Shown here: piece after piece, positions 1 to 7,350 of the stretch
Layout of the letters: each line of letters begins with the position of its first letter
Numbering within the stretch: the first letter of the stretch is position 1
Source of the DNA: a virus
Taxonomy: Duplodnaviria; Caudoviricetes
IMG/VR virus record: IMGVR_UViG_3300047561_000389
Span: 1-39,370 of that record
Length of the DNA stretch: 39,370 nucleotides
Reading direction: 5' to 3' (one strand)
Translations under genes and position numbers: made by a program
The notes under the pieces: model-generated
Database searches by the model: none
Told to the model about the DNA's origin: nothing
The model's input: only the letters and a program-made list of their open reading frames with translations

Positions 1-210
1 GTTTAACTATCGCCTAACCGCTAAGCCCTAAGCCCTAACCGATAGCAACAAGGGACAAGGCACCGACCACCGACGGCGTGACCTATCTACTAGACCAACC
101 GACCCAACCCGACGACCCAACCCCGACCAACTACCCGACCCGACAACCTGCCAACCCTGCCCGCCCTAAGTTACTAAGACCCCCGACCGAGTAACATTCA
201 GCTGACCATT
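1..210. repeat. C-rich low-complexity terminal region with CCGAC(C)/CCCAAC and CCCTAA(G/C)-like short repeats
   Basis: Non-coding. Repeated cctaacc/ccctaag (13-40) and many ccgacc/gaccca units (61-190). Strong C-over-G skew on + strand. Confidence 0.7.
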
Positions 211-261
211 GCCCTAGATAATGGGACACGACACGCCCCCGAATCACTTGCCTGTTTAGTC

Positions 262-290
262 TTGCACTATGGGGAAGAGTGCCCTATAGT
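262..290 (+). promoter_or_regulatory. Sigma-70/SigA-type early promoter
   Basis: TTGCAC (262-267), 17 nt, TATAGT (285-290), upstream of RBS GAAAGGG (321-327) and ATG 334. Tandem GACACGACAC at 225-234 upstream. Confidence 0.7.
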
Positions 291-333
291 TTTCCTAGTG
301 GTCAACAACGACCACAAGAAGAAAGGGTTAGAA

Positions 334-639
334 ATGTCAGAAATAGCACTAGCAAGAGACCAATTCGTTCACGATTTCACAATCGTAGTTGATAACACAC
401 AAGAGGCATACACCGAAGCAATTGACACTGTAAAGGGATTTGGTACAGGCAATAAATACGACATCTCCGAAGCATTACGCGAACAGTTTGAAGATTACAT
501 CCAACAGGTTGCAGACCGTGAAAAAGAACTAGGCAATGAAACAGGTGCACTTCTTATCTCTCAACTGCTTATTGGTTGGAACTCAGCCTTTGACGATATC
601 GCTACTTACTACATCAATACAGTAAAGGAATCAAACTAA
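334..639 (+). CDS. Hypothetical early protein (acidic)
   Basis: ORF 262..639; start moved to ATG 334, which follows RBS GAAAGGG and lies downstream of the promoter. Confidence 0.75.
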   Translation: MSEIALARDQFVHDFTIVVDNTQEAYTEAIDTVKGFGTGNKYDISEALREQFEDYIQQVADREKELGNETGALLISQLLIGWNSAFDDIATYYINTVKESN

Positions 640-947
640 TGAAAGCAATCCAGAACCAAGATATAGCAGGGACTTCATTACAAGGTTACATTGAAACAAC
701 ACGGGCAGACCTTCAAGCAGCCTTTGGGGAGCCTATCTTCTACGAACCAGGCGACAAGATAACTATCGAATGGAGCCTGCAATTCGAGGACGGGACTATC
801 GCCACAATCTACGATTGGAAGCGCGACGAGGAAGAAGCACCAGAACTTAACGAAGAGATGACCTACAACATCGGAGGAATCTCTACCGAAGCAGTTGCAA
901 GAGTCAAAGAATCATTGCTTGAACTAGGTCTAAAGGTGGCGAACTAA
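639..947 (+). CDS. Conserved hypothetical phage protein (TSLQGYI...FGEP...W...TIYDWK type)
   Basis: TAATG coupling to previous gene, RBS AAAGGA. Motif pattern resembles small early proteins of aquatic phages. Confidence 0.75.
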   Translation: MKAIQNQDIAGTSLQGYIETTRADLQAAFGEPIFYEPGDKITIEWSLQFEDGTIATIYDWKRDEEEAPELNEEMTYNIGGISTEAVARVKESLLELGLKVAN

Positions 948-1093
948 TGACCTACACAATCGAAGAAACAGGGCTAGGCGGTTGGATGTCCTACCGCTAC
1001 CAATACAAGACCGCTTCTAATGAGTACTTTGGTTACGCCGAGACGAGAGAAGAAGCAGAAGAGACAATTAAGAGAGAGGGAGAGGGCGAGTGA
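947..1093 (+). CDS. Small hypothetical protein, 48 aa (MTYTIEETGLGG...)
   Basis: Hand-translated. TAATG overlap with upstream stop; RBS AAAGGTGG. Confidence 0.65.
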   Translation: MTYTIEETGLGGWMSYRYQYKTASNEYFGYAETREEAEETIKREGEGE

Positions 1094-1245
1094 AACACTT
1101 AACGGTTAGAGGTTGGATTGTGCTGGTACTTATCCCCAGCTTTTTGCTGGTATGGGGGCTGGTGGAGGTATCTGTTCACCTATGGTGGACGCAAGAAGGT
1201 TATTGCTGGGGGCAATACTTAGAGTGTTACAAGGAAGGAATGTAA
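1090..1245 (+). CDS. Small membrane protein, 51 aa (MKHLTVRGWIVLVLIPSFLLVWGLV...)
   Basis: Hand-translated. GTGA overlap upstream, TAATG overlap downstream, one hydrophobic segment. Confidence 0.65.
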   Translation: MKHLTVRGWIVLVLIPSFLLVWGLVEVSVHLWWTQEGYCWGQYLECYKEGM

Positions 1246-1484
1246 TGGAAATCAAAGGAGTATCAAAGGAAGAGACTGCTTACGATAAAGAGATGACAAT
1301 TTCCTATGAAGGGGAAGAGTACGAAGTTGTCCTTCACTGGGACAAGTGGGACGGATATGACCTTCGTTTCATCAACTCAGATGACCCCCAATGGGCTATT
1401 GATTGGGAAGATAACAATGACGAAGGTCTTGCCTTTACGTTAGACGGTTTGACTGATGAGATACTGGAGGCGAGCTATCTATGA
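1245..1484 (+). CDS. Acidic hypothetical protein (MEIKGVSKEE...)
   Basis: 3' part of ORF 1113..1484; ATG 1245 follows AAGGAAGG. Confidence 0.7.
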   Translation: MEIKGVSKEETAYDKEMTISYEGEEYEVVLHWDKWDGYDLRFINSDDPQWAIDWEDNNDEGLAFTLDGLTDEILEASYL

Positions 1485-1594
1485 AACACGAACACGACTG
1501 GCAAGAGATGACCCGTTCCTGTTGCGCTTGGTGTCCTATATGCGAGGCTGAAAGTTACAAGGGCGAGATAGTTAAGGAAGGGGAAAGATTATGA
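1481..1594 (+). CDS. Small Cys/His protein, 37 aa (MKHEHDWQEMTRSCCAWCPICE...)
   Basis: Hand-translated. RBS GGAGG, ATGA overlaps at both ends; possible zinc finger. Confidence 0.6.
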   Translation: MKHEHDWQEMTRSCCAWCPICEAESYKGEIVKEGERL

Positions 1595-1692
1595 GTTACG
1601 AACCACCACTAAACGACCCTGTATTTGAGGGAGAGGAAGAGGAACTCAGCCCTGAGTTCGACACACTAGAGGAAATGGAAGGGGAGAACTAA
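1591..1692 (+). CDS. Small highly acidic protein, 33 aa (MSYEPPLNDP...)
   Basis: Hand-translated. RBS GGAAGGGG; coupled start/stop overlaps. Confidence 0.6.
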   Translation: MSYEPPLNDPVFEGEEEELSPEFDTLEEMEGEN

Positions 1693-1835
1693 TGGACGAG
1701 GTGATGTACTGGAGCGAGTTAGCAGAACTAACCCACGCTACGCAGGTGGAGAAGTTTAACTTTTGCTTATGCGAAGACAACGAAGGACAAGAAAACCCAT
1801 ACGCAGACTGTCCAAAGGAGGGCAACAATGAATGA
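1692..1835 (+). CDS. Small hypothetical protein, 47 aa (MDEVMYWSELAELTH...)
   Basis: Hand-translated. RBS GGGGAG, TAATG overlap. Confidence 0.6.
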   Translation: MDEVMYWSELAELTHATQVEKFNFCLCEDNEGQENPYADCPKEGNNE

Positions 1836-1989
1836 GGAATACCTACGGGCAAAGGTTGATCTATGCCTCAATCAAGCCGAGAAGGACATACAACAGGAGG
1901 AGATAGCCAACGCTATCAAGAACCTACAACGGGCAAACCTTGCCCTATCTCGTATCTTTAACCTAGAGGAAGAGGAAGACAATGAATGA
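1828..1989 (+). CDS. Small helical hypothetical protein, 53 aa (MNEEYLRAKVDL...)
   Basis: Hand-translated. RBS AAGGAGG. Confidence 0.65.
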   Translation: MNEEYLRAKVDLCLNQAEKDIQQEEIANAIKNLQRANLALSRIFNLEEEEDNE

Positions 1990-2284
1990 CGGTAGAGTAC
2001 TGAGGTTTGACAGTAATGGGGAACCATTTTTAGGTGACCCACCAAGTAATGTGTACACAATTCACCCACCAAAGTCAGACTTAATCTTATTTTATGAGGT
2101 ACTTACGCCAGAAGGAGAGAACGAGTGGGGAGGGGCGAGTGCTGAGCACTGCATCCAGTGGCTGAGCCTTGCTCCTGCTGGCTCACGAGTGTTAGTATCT
2201 GCTTGGGATAGTGATGAGGAAGACGCTCATCTAGTAGGTCAAACGCTAGACATAACAGAGATCGTGAGGGCAGCTAGTTTATGA
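1982..2284 (+). CDS. Hypothetical protein
   Basis: ORF track; RBS GAGGAAG; in operon orientation. Confidence 0.65.
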   Translation: MNDGRVLRFDSNGEPFLGDPPSNVYTIHPPKSDLILFYEVLTPEGENEWGGASAEHCIQWLSLAPAGSRVLVSAWDSDEEDAHLVGQTLDITEIVRAASL

Positions 2285-2559
2285 AAGAAGTAAGTGGCAA
2301 ACAAGCCATTCATTACCGTAACTACAGACGAGCAAGAGACAAAGCGCTAACCCGCCTTGCTCACCTGTACCCCGACACGTATAAGCAATTGCTTGACGAA
2401 CAAAGGAGTTTTGATGAGCAAGAAGGCACTACTTGGAGTATTACTAGTGATAGTAAGCTCAGTATTACTGTTCACACACGGGCGAACGCCGTCCCTATCT
2501 TCGATACAAGTACCGGAGATACACGCGAGAACGAAAGCCACAATGGAGGAGAAGCGTGA
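2281..2559 (+). CDS. Hypothetical protein with basic helical N-terminus (YRNYRRARDKALTRL)
   Basis: ATGA coupling to upstream gene; its 3' half overlaps the next gene in another frame. Confidence 0.55.
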   Translation: MKEVSGKQAIHYRNYRRARDKALTRLAHLYPDTYKQLLDEQRSFDEQEGTTWSITSDSKLSITVHTRANAVPIFDTSTGDTRENESHNGGEA

Positions 2560-2848
2560 GAACAAATCACTTACGATTAGTTACGCAAGAGCACTCGGAT
2601 ACAACAAACAACAAGTCAAATGTTTGCTCACCTTATGGACCCGTGAGAGCAGGTTTGACCACCTCGCCCGACCACGAAACTTTAAGGGAAAGCCAACTAC
2701 GTCAGCTTACGGAGTTGCTCAACTCCTTGGAGAGCGTAGTAGCCAACCTGAATTACAAATCCTCCACGGTATTAGATACATTGCTCACCGCTACTCAGGG
2801 AGTGCGTGCCGCGCTCTCAACCACTCCAATAGACGCCATTGGTACTGA
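2414..2848 (+). CDS. Secreted/anchored lytic transglycosylase (lysozyme-like, SLT/Rpf-related)
   Basis: RBS AAGGAG, signal peptide MSKKALLGVLLVIVSSVLLF, catalytic-type LWTRES, SAYGVAQ and QILHGIRYIAHRY..ACRA..HWY motifs typical of actinobacterial transglycosylase domains. Confidence 0.75.
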   Translation: MSKKALLGVLLVIVSSVLLFTHGRTPSLSSIQVPEIHARTKATMEEKRENKSLTISYARALGYNKQQVKCLLTLWTRESRFDHLARPRNFKGKPTTSAYGVAQLLGERSSQPELQILHGIRYIAHRYSGSACRALNHSNRRHWY

Positions 2849-3489
2849 TGAAACTACTTGATCTTTACTCTAAAGCGGGAGGGGCGAGCAAAGGCTACGC
2901 TGACGCTGGCTTTGAGGTAGTAGGCATCGACATCAAGAAACAGAAGCGTTATCCCTTTACCTTTATACAAGCAGACTGCTTAGAGATACTGCAAGATTTA
3001 GATTACTTGCGTACCTTTGACGTGATTGCAGCTAGCCCACCCTGTCAAACACATAGTGCAACTAAGCACTTGCGTAATGCACAGGGTAAGAGCACCGATA
3101 AAGTAGATCTCATTCCACAAACAAGAGAAGCCTTAATTGCTAGCGGTGTGCCTTATGTAATCGAGAACGTTCCAGGTGCACCACTTATCAACCCAGTACA
3201 GTTCTGTGGTTCATCTTTTGGGTTAAAAGTACGCAGACATAGACTCTTTGAGTCTAGTGTGCAACTAACAGGTTCAGTATGCGATCATAAGACGCAAGGC
3301 AAACCTGTTGGTATTTATGGTTCAATGCGTGATGAGATACCTAATGGTGGACACACTGCTAAGACAATAGAACAAGCACGTGAGGCAATGGGTATTGACT
3401 GGATGATCTGGGGAGAATTAGTAGAAGCGATCCCACCTGTGTATACTCGTACTATAGGTAAACAACTAATAGATGTGTTAGGTTTCTAA
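2848..3489 (+). CDS. DNA cytosine-C5 methyltransferase (short phage type)
   Basis: Motif I variant LLDLYSKAGG, catalytic SPPCQ, ENV, and RxR (VRRHR). Start at TGATG overlap. Confidence 0.85.
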   Translation: MKLLDLYSKAGGASKGYADAGFEVVGIDIKKQKRYPFTFIQADCLEILQDLDYLRTFDVIAASPPCQTHSATKHLRNAQGKSTDKVDLIPQTREALIASGVPYVIENVPGAPLINPVQFCGSSFGLKVRRHRLFESSVQLTGSVCDHKTQGKPVGIYGSMRDEIPNGGHTAKTIEQAREAMGIDWMIWGELVEAIPPVYTRTIGKQLIDVLGF

Positions 3490-3506
3490 CCCTTTCCTAA
3501 CAAAAC

Positions 3507-3543
3507 AAAAAGCCCCTGTCGGGTAACCGGCGGGGGCTTTTTG
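3507..3543. terminator. Bidirectional rho-independent terminator between convergent operons
   Basis: AAAAA GCCCCTGTCGG-GTAA-CCGGCGGGGGC TTTTT: GC-rich stem with an A tract and a T tract. Confidence 0.85.
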
Positions 3544-3583
3544 CTAGCACTCTATCAGGCGGGATTGCCTGTAAGAGATTAAA

Positions 3584-4165
3584 TTATAGCTTGCGTAGCC
3601 AAACTTGTAAACCACTCTCTAGCAACTCATACTCACCAGCGTGTCGTTCGAGGAAGAGATCAATGCCCAGCTTGGGAGACTTGAAAGCGTGAAGGTGTAG
3701 ACCCCATTGGTAATCATCAAAGGCTAGTAGTCCTCCGGACTTTAAGTGGGGCCAAGATAGTTCAGCATCTAGTAGCGCACCAACTGCAGTGTGGTCTGCA
3801 TCTATGTAAATAAAATTAAACGGTGCTTCAATGCGGTATTTATGTGTAACGAGGAAGTCAAAGGTAGTCATACGATAGTGGTAGACGGGGTCACGATCTC
3901 TTATTCTGGTTAGATAAAACTCATACACATCATTGAATCTAATAGACTCGTGTGCATCTTCATCGCTACCTTCCCAAGTGTCAATGTCAAAGAGCCAAGT
4001 ATCTTGGTGGGTAAGGACATTATCTTGTAGCCATACTGTTGCATCGCCCGTGTACACACCAAGCTGTAAGAACCGTAGGTCGCGCTTACCTGCTAGTGGC
4101 AGGAGATACTTCTCAAAGTTAGGCTTAGCGTATGCGCTGAACCAGTCTGGAAACTTATCCACCAT
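3584..4165 (-). CDS. Class I SAM-dependent methyltransferase (Methyltransf_24-like)
   Basis: LQLGVYTG motif I, IDTW, FIYIDADH, LKSGGLLAFDDY. Confidence 0.85.
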   Translation of the reverse strand: MVDKFPDWFSAYAKPNFEKYLLPLAGKRDLRFLQLGVYTGDATVWLQDNVLTHQDTWLFDIDTWEGSDEDAHESIRFNDVYEFYLTRIRDRDPVYHYRMTTFDFLVTHKYRIEAPFNFIYIDADHTAVGALLDAELSWPHLKSGGLLAFDDYQWGLHLHAFKSPKLGIDLFLERHAGEYELLESGLQVWLRKL

Positions 4166-4328
4166 TAGAGTAGAAGCCTTTACCCTTGAACTGGATAGTG
4201 GGTGAGTCCCACTTACGTATCATAGGTATGTGGCAGTCAAAGCACGAAGGTGTAAGCACCTCATCAGTGATCTTGCGTTCAACTGTTACGTCGGTGTTGC
4301 AATCAGGGCAACGATAGTCATACATCAT
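4155..4328 (-). CDS. FmdB-family zinc-ribbon protein, 57 aa
   Basis: Hand-translated MMYDYRCPDC...SCFDC...IQFKGKGFYSNGG; signature YxYxCxxC...CxxC...FKGxGFY. Confidence 0.85.
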   Translation of the reverse strand: MMYDYRCPDCNTDVTVERKITDEVLTPSCFDCHIPMIRKWDSPTIQFKGKGFYSNGG

Positions 4329-4708
4329 AAACGTACTGCCTCCTCAATAGGTAGGTAACCTACCAACTTACTTACTTTATTAGATCGTGCAAACTCTGTA
4401 GTCGCAGGCATCCAGTGGCTTACCCATTCGGGTTCTGCTACATCCATTAGGTCAAAAGAAAAGACACCTAACGGTGTCGAGTTAATGTAGAACGGGATGA
4501 GATCACGCTCAGCTGCCTGCGTTATGAGCTTGCGGTACTTCATCTCTTCTATCAGTAGCGTGGGATAGTGAGTGTGTCTGCACTTGAGTTCAATGTAATG
4601 ACCTGCTTGCTCAGAGATACAGTCAAAGGAGTCGAAGATACCTGGACTCTTTATTAGATCTAGGTACAGGTCTGCTTTAAGGTAGTCAAAGAGTTCTTGT
4701 TCTTTCAT
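4325..4708 (-). CDS. PD-(D/E)XK nuclease-like protein
   Basis: Start MKEQELFDYLK at ATGA overlap; FDC...YIELKCR motif. Confidence 0.65.
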   Translation of the reverse strand: MKEQELFDYLKADLYLDLIKSPGIFDSFDCISEQAGHYIELKCRHTHYPTLLIEEMKYRKLITQAAERDLIPFYINSTPLGVFSFDLMDVAEPEWVSHWMPATTEFARSNKVSKLVGYLPIEEAVRL

Positions 4709-5337
4709 TTCCAGGGCGTCTCCCCACCTAATTGTTTCTGCAAGGCACGCAGTGCGTTGATGCACCTGCGGTCTGCGGTAGAGACTGCACACTCTAGTAA
4801 CCCTGCAATCTGTGCAAGGGTAAGGCTCTCGTGGTGACGCCAAGTAAGAAGCTGTTGCTCATCTGCATCTAACTTGACATAACCTTTCTTAATATCTAAC
4901 AAGATAGCAAGCAGGTTGCCACCTTCTGCAGGTGATGATGACCCACGTGGCTGACCATCTTTGACCATATCTTGTGCTTGTTCTAATACTGTTCCATCAA
5001 TGACTGATGCAATAACAAAGGGTAGTAACTGAGCAAGCGTTGCACGCTCATAGTAAGCCTCATCATTTGTTTGATACCCAGATCTAGTTGCCTTCTCCTT
5101 GCGTGCGTAGCGTTCTGCTACGCGTAGCATCTGCCAAGCAATCTTCTGCTCGTTGTGCTTACGCTTGTCAGTATCAGGTTCACCCAGTTGATCGTTGATG
5201 TATGCAGCGCGAGTCAATGCCCATTGCAAACACTCTTGCTTTACATCTTCACGCTCAACAAACTTTGGATAACGCTGGGCTACAGCGTAAGCCACACTAG
5301 GTGCTATCTCATAGACAGATGGGTTTAGTTCAGTCAC
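4705..5337 (-). CDS. Phage RNA polymerase sigma factor-like protein (sigma-70 regions 2 and 4)
   Basis: EREDVKQE region-2-like segment and C-terminal HTH LTLAQIAGLLECAVSTADRR..ALRAL. Confidence 0.75.
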   Translation of the reverse strand: MTELNPSVYEIAPSVAYAVAQRYPKFVEREDVKQECLQWALTRAAYINDQLGEPDTDKRKHNEQKIAWQMLRVAERYARKEKATRSGYQTNDEAYYERATLAQLLPFVIASVIDGTVLEQAQDMVKDGQPRGSSSPAEGGNLLAILLDIKKGYVKLDADEQQLLTWRHHESLTLAQIAGLLECAVSTADRRCINALRALQKQLGGETPWK

Positions 5338-5731
5338 AGTCTGGTTCCGGAACCTCGGGCCATACGCCGTCTAGTACCATCATTGCAATCGCTGAGTAGT
5401 TAAGTAAGTCTATGAAGCTATCACGTAAGGACTCGTTACTAGGCTTAACACCTGAGTCAAGTAAATTATTGATGCGTGCAATCTTGTCCCACATACGCAC
5501 ACGCAAACCATTAAGCGGTCCACCTGGTGAGTGAGCAATGTTCTTTGGACCGTAGTCGTGATGCTTGCGTACCAGCAGGTTACCTGCTTGGTCCATTATG
5601 CGCCACACATCTGCTATGAAAGCATCGTTTACCTTGTCGGTGTAGGGCGCAGTAGAATAGTCTCTGTCTCCGTATTGATCTCCAGGATCTGGAAGCCCAT
5701 ATGCTGCAAAATCTGTACCATTCGTAGCCAT
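5330..5731 (-). CDS. Nucleotide modification associated domain 1 (DUF1599-like) protein
   Basis: RKHHDYG...RMWDKIARINNL...ESLRDSFIDLLNYS motifs. Confidence 0.8.
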   Translation of the reverse strand: MATNGTDFAAYGLPDPGDQYGDRDYSTAPYTDKVNDAFIADVWRIMDQAGNLLVRKHHDYGPKNIAHSPGGPLNGLRVRMWDKIARINNLLDSGVKPSNESLRDSFIDLLNYSAIAMMVLDGVWPEVPEPDCD

Positions 5732-5737
5732 TCGTCT

Positions 5738-6175
5738 CTACTCACCTCTCGCGCCTTTGCTTAAATTACATAGTCCGTGTGCTGGACGTACGTTTTCTAT
5801 TGTATCAGGTCCACCTTTAGATATAGGGATTAAATGGTCGAGATGCAAGCCGTGTTCCCAACCTTTCTTTCCTGCTTTTCTTGGAGCTTTAAGATCTATT
5901 GAAGAGCCACAGATGTGGCAGTCAGCCCCATACTTCTTAAGCACTTCTTCTTTTGTGTAAGGTATGTGTTCAACATTATTAACTCTTGCCCTGCGTTGAC
6001 GATTAAATGCTTGTGCTTTCTCTGGGTTTCTAGCCCAGTATTTCTTTTGCTTTGCTCTGCCAATTTCAGGCTTGGCTTTTCGATAAGCCTTTTGGCGAGC
6101 AAGAAGTTTTTCACGATTAGCAAGCCAGTATTTTCTTTTACGTTCTTTAATTTTTGCTTTATCAGTTGACGGCAT
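5738..6175 (-). CDS. HNH endonuclease (probably homing/mobile)
   Basis: Basic N-terminal repeats, CHIC, HLDHLIPISKGG..TIENVRPAHGLCNLSK. Start MPSTDK overlaps the primase end. Confidence 0.9.
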   Translation of the reverse strand: MPSTDKAKIKERKRKYWLANREKLLARQKAYRKAKPEIGRAKQKKYWARNPEKAQAFNRQRRARVNNVEHIPYTKEEVLKKYGADCHICGSSIDLKAPRKAGKKGWEHGLHLDHLIPISKGGPDTIENVRPAHGLCNLSKGARGE

Positions 6176-6812
6176 TACCAACCAATAACTCTTTTGTCTT
6201 ATCAGCACCGTGGGCAAGGTAATAATCATTTATATCCATACCAGGCGGAAGCGTTACGATCTGCGAGTTCAATATCTCATTCGCCACGCGCTTACTGAAC
6301 TCTGCCCCTGGGTTAGAACCATCTTCTTTAATGTCGTTATCTCCTACTATGTATACAGTCTCATAACCGCCAAAGAGTTTGGCAAAGTGAGGCTTCCACG
6401 CCTGCACTCCAGGTACACCAACAGCTGGGATACCCAGCACTCCACTAGTTATGACTGTATCTAACTCACCCTCGCACACCACAATGTATGGTGACATAAC
6501 AGTTACATCAGTAACGTTGTATAGGTGAGCCTTCTGCCCAGTAGGTGAACCATACTTGGGCTTAACATCATCTGTCCTTCTAAACTTAAAGCCTACGCAA
6601 CTACCACTGGCAGTAATGTATGGAATAGAGATCCATCCCTCGTGCATCTCGTGACCGTTGGCAGGTTCAATGACTGCGCCTAACTGGAACTGTCTGGCAA
6701 CTCGCTCAGATATCCCACGTTCGTCTAGCGCGACTAGAACTTCCGGAGTTATTTCCCGTGCGTATCGCTGCGCCGCTTCCAGTAGCGATTTCAATTGCAC
6801 GCTTGAGGCCAT
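6162..6812 (-). CDS. DNA primase, TOPRIM catalytic part
   Basis: IPY, FKFR, KY, VCEGELD, GDND..G..F, DIND motifs. Confidence 0.9.
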   Translation of the reverse strand: MASSVQLKSLLEAAQRYAREITPEVLVALDERGISERVARQFQLGAVIEPANGHEMHEGWISIPYITASGSCVGFKFRRTDDVKPKYGSPTGQKAHLYNVTDVTVMSPYIVVCEGELDTVITSGVLGIPAVGVPGVQAWKPHFAKLFGGYETVYIVGDNDIKEDGSNPGAEFSKRVANEILNSQIVTLPPGMDINDYYLAHGADKTKELLVGNAVN

Positions 6813-7083
6813 CGTTGAACTCCATATTCTCTAGTATGCACACCAAGTTAGCAGCGTTACCGCCCTTGCCACAGGTGTGACAGAAGTATAAATTATCTAC
6901 AGTATTTATTACCGCACTCCTGCGGGAGTCGCTATGCAGTACACATCGTACTGAGCAGGACTTGCCTTCTCTTACTTCACCGCCATAGTTAGCAACAATT
7001 GGTCCTATGGGGATTGAGTTTGCATCAACGGAACCCTTGAAACGCTTAGCTTTGTGTACCCTGGCCCAGTCTTGTGCTGGCAT
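6706..7083 (-). CDS. DNA primase zinc-binding (CHC2) domain protein
   Basis: CVLH.D.RRSA...YFCHTCGKGGN..LV..LE..F motif; overlaps the TOPRIM gene by 107 nt. Confidence 0.85.
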   Translation of the reverse strand: MPAQDWARVHKAKRFKGSVDANSIPIGPIVANYGGEVREGKSCSVRCVLHSDSRRSAVINTVDNLYFCHTCGKGGNAANLVCILENMEFNDGLKRAIEIATGSGAAIRTGNNSGSSSRARRTWDI

Positions 7084-7184
7084 ACGCACCCCTTATCATC
7101 GCACTTATCGTGCCAAGCAGCAGCACGCTTTAAGTGGTTAGCTTGGTTCTCTTCTCCGCCTTTATGACAGTTCTGGCAAATCAT
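7005..7184 (-). CDS. Small Cys/His-rich protein, 59 aa (MICQNC...HDKC...CVCQH)
   Basis: Hand-translated. Likely metal-binding; overlaps both neighbours. Confidence 0.6.
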   Translation of the reverse strand: MICQNCHKGGEENQANHLKRAAAWHDKCDDKGCVCQHKTGPGYTKLSVSRVPLMQTQSP

Positions 7185-7350
7185 ATTCTTCTACCGCTTC
7201 TTCTGCGTCTGCTGCTGCTATTGCTTTTTCTAATTTTTCAATAAATTCTCCCTGAGATTGCAACAACTGCATTGCATCTTCCAAGGTAACTTCTTGTACC
7301 GCTTCTGCTGGTCCTGTTGATGTGCTGATAATTCCTTCTGGTACTGGCAT
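7162..7350 (-). CDS. Acidic hypothetical protein (MPVPEG...)
   Basis: TAATG coupling, RBS GGGAG. Confidence 0.6.
   Translation of the reverse strand: MPVPEGIISTSTGPAEAVQEVTLEDAMQLLQSQGEFIEKLEKAIAAADAEEAVEEYDLPELS

Noticed and set aside
2556-2861. ORF 2556..2861
   Set aside because: It lies almost entirely within the transglycosylase gene in another frame and has no recognisable features, although its GTGA overlap means it cannot be fully excluded.
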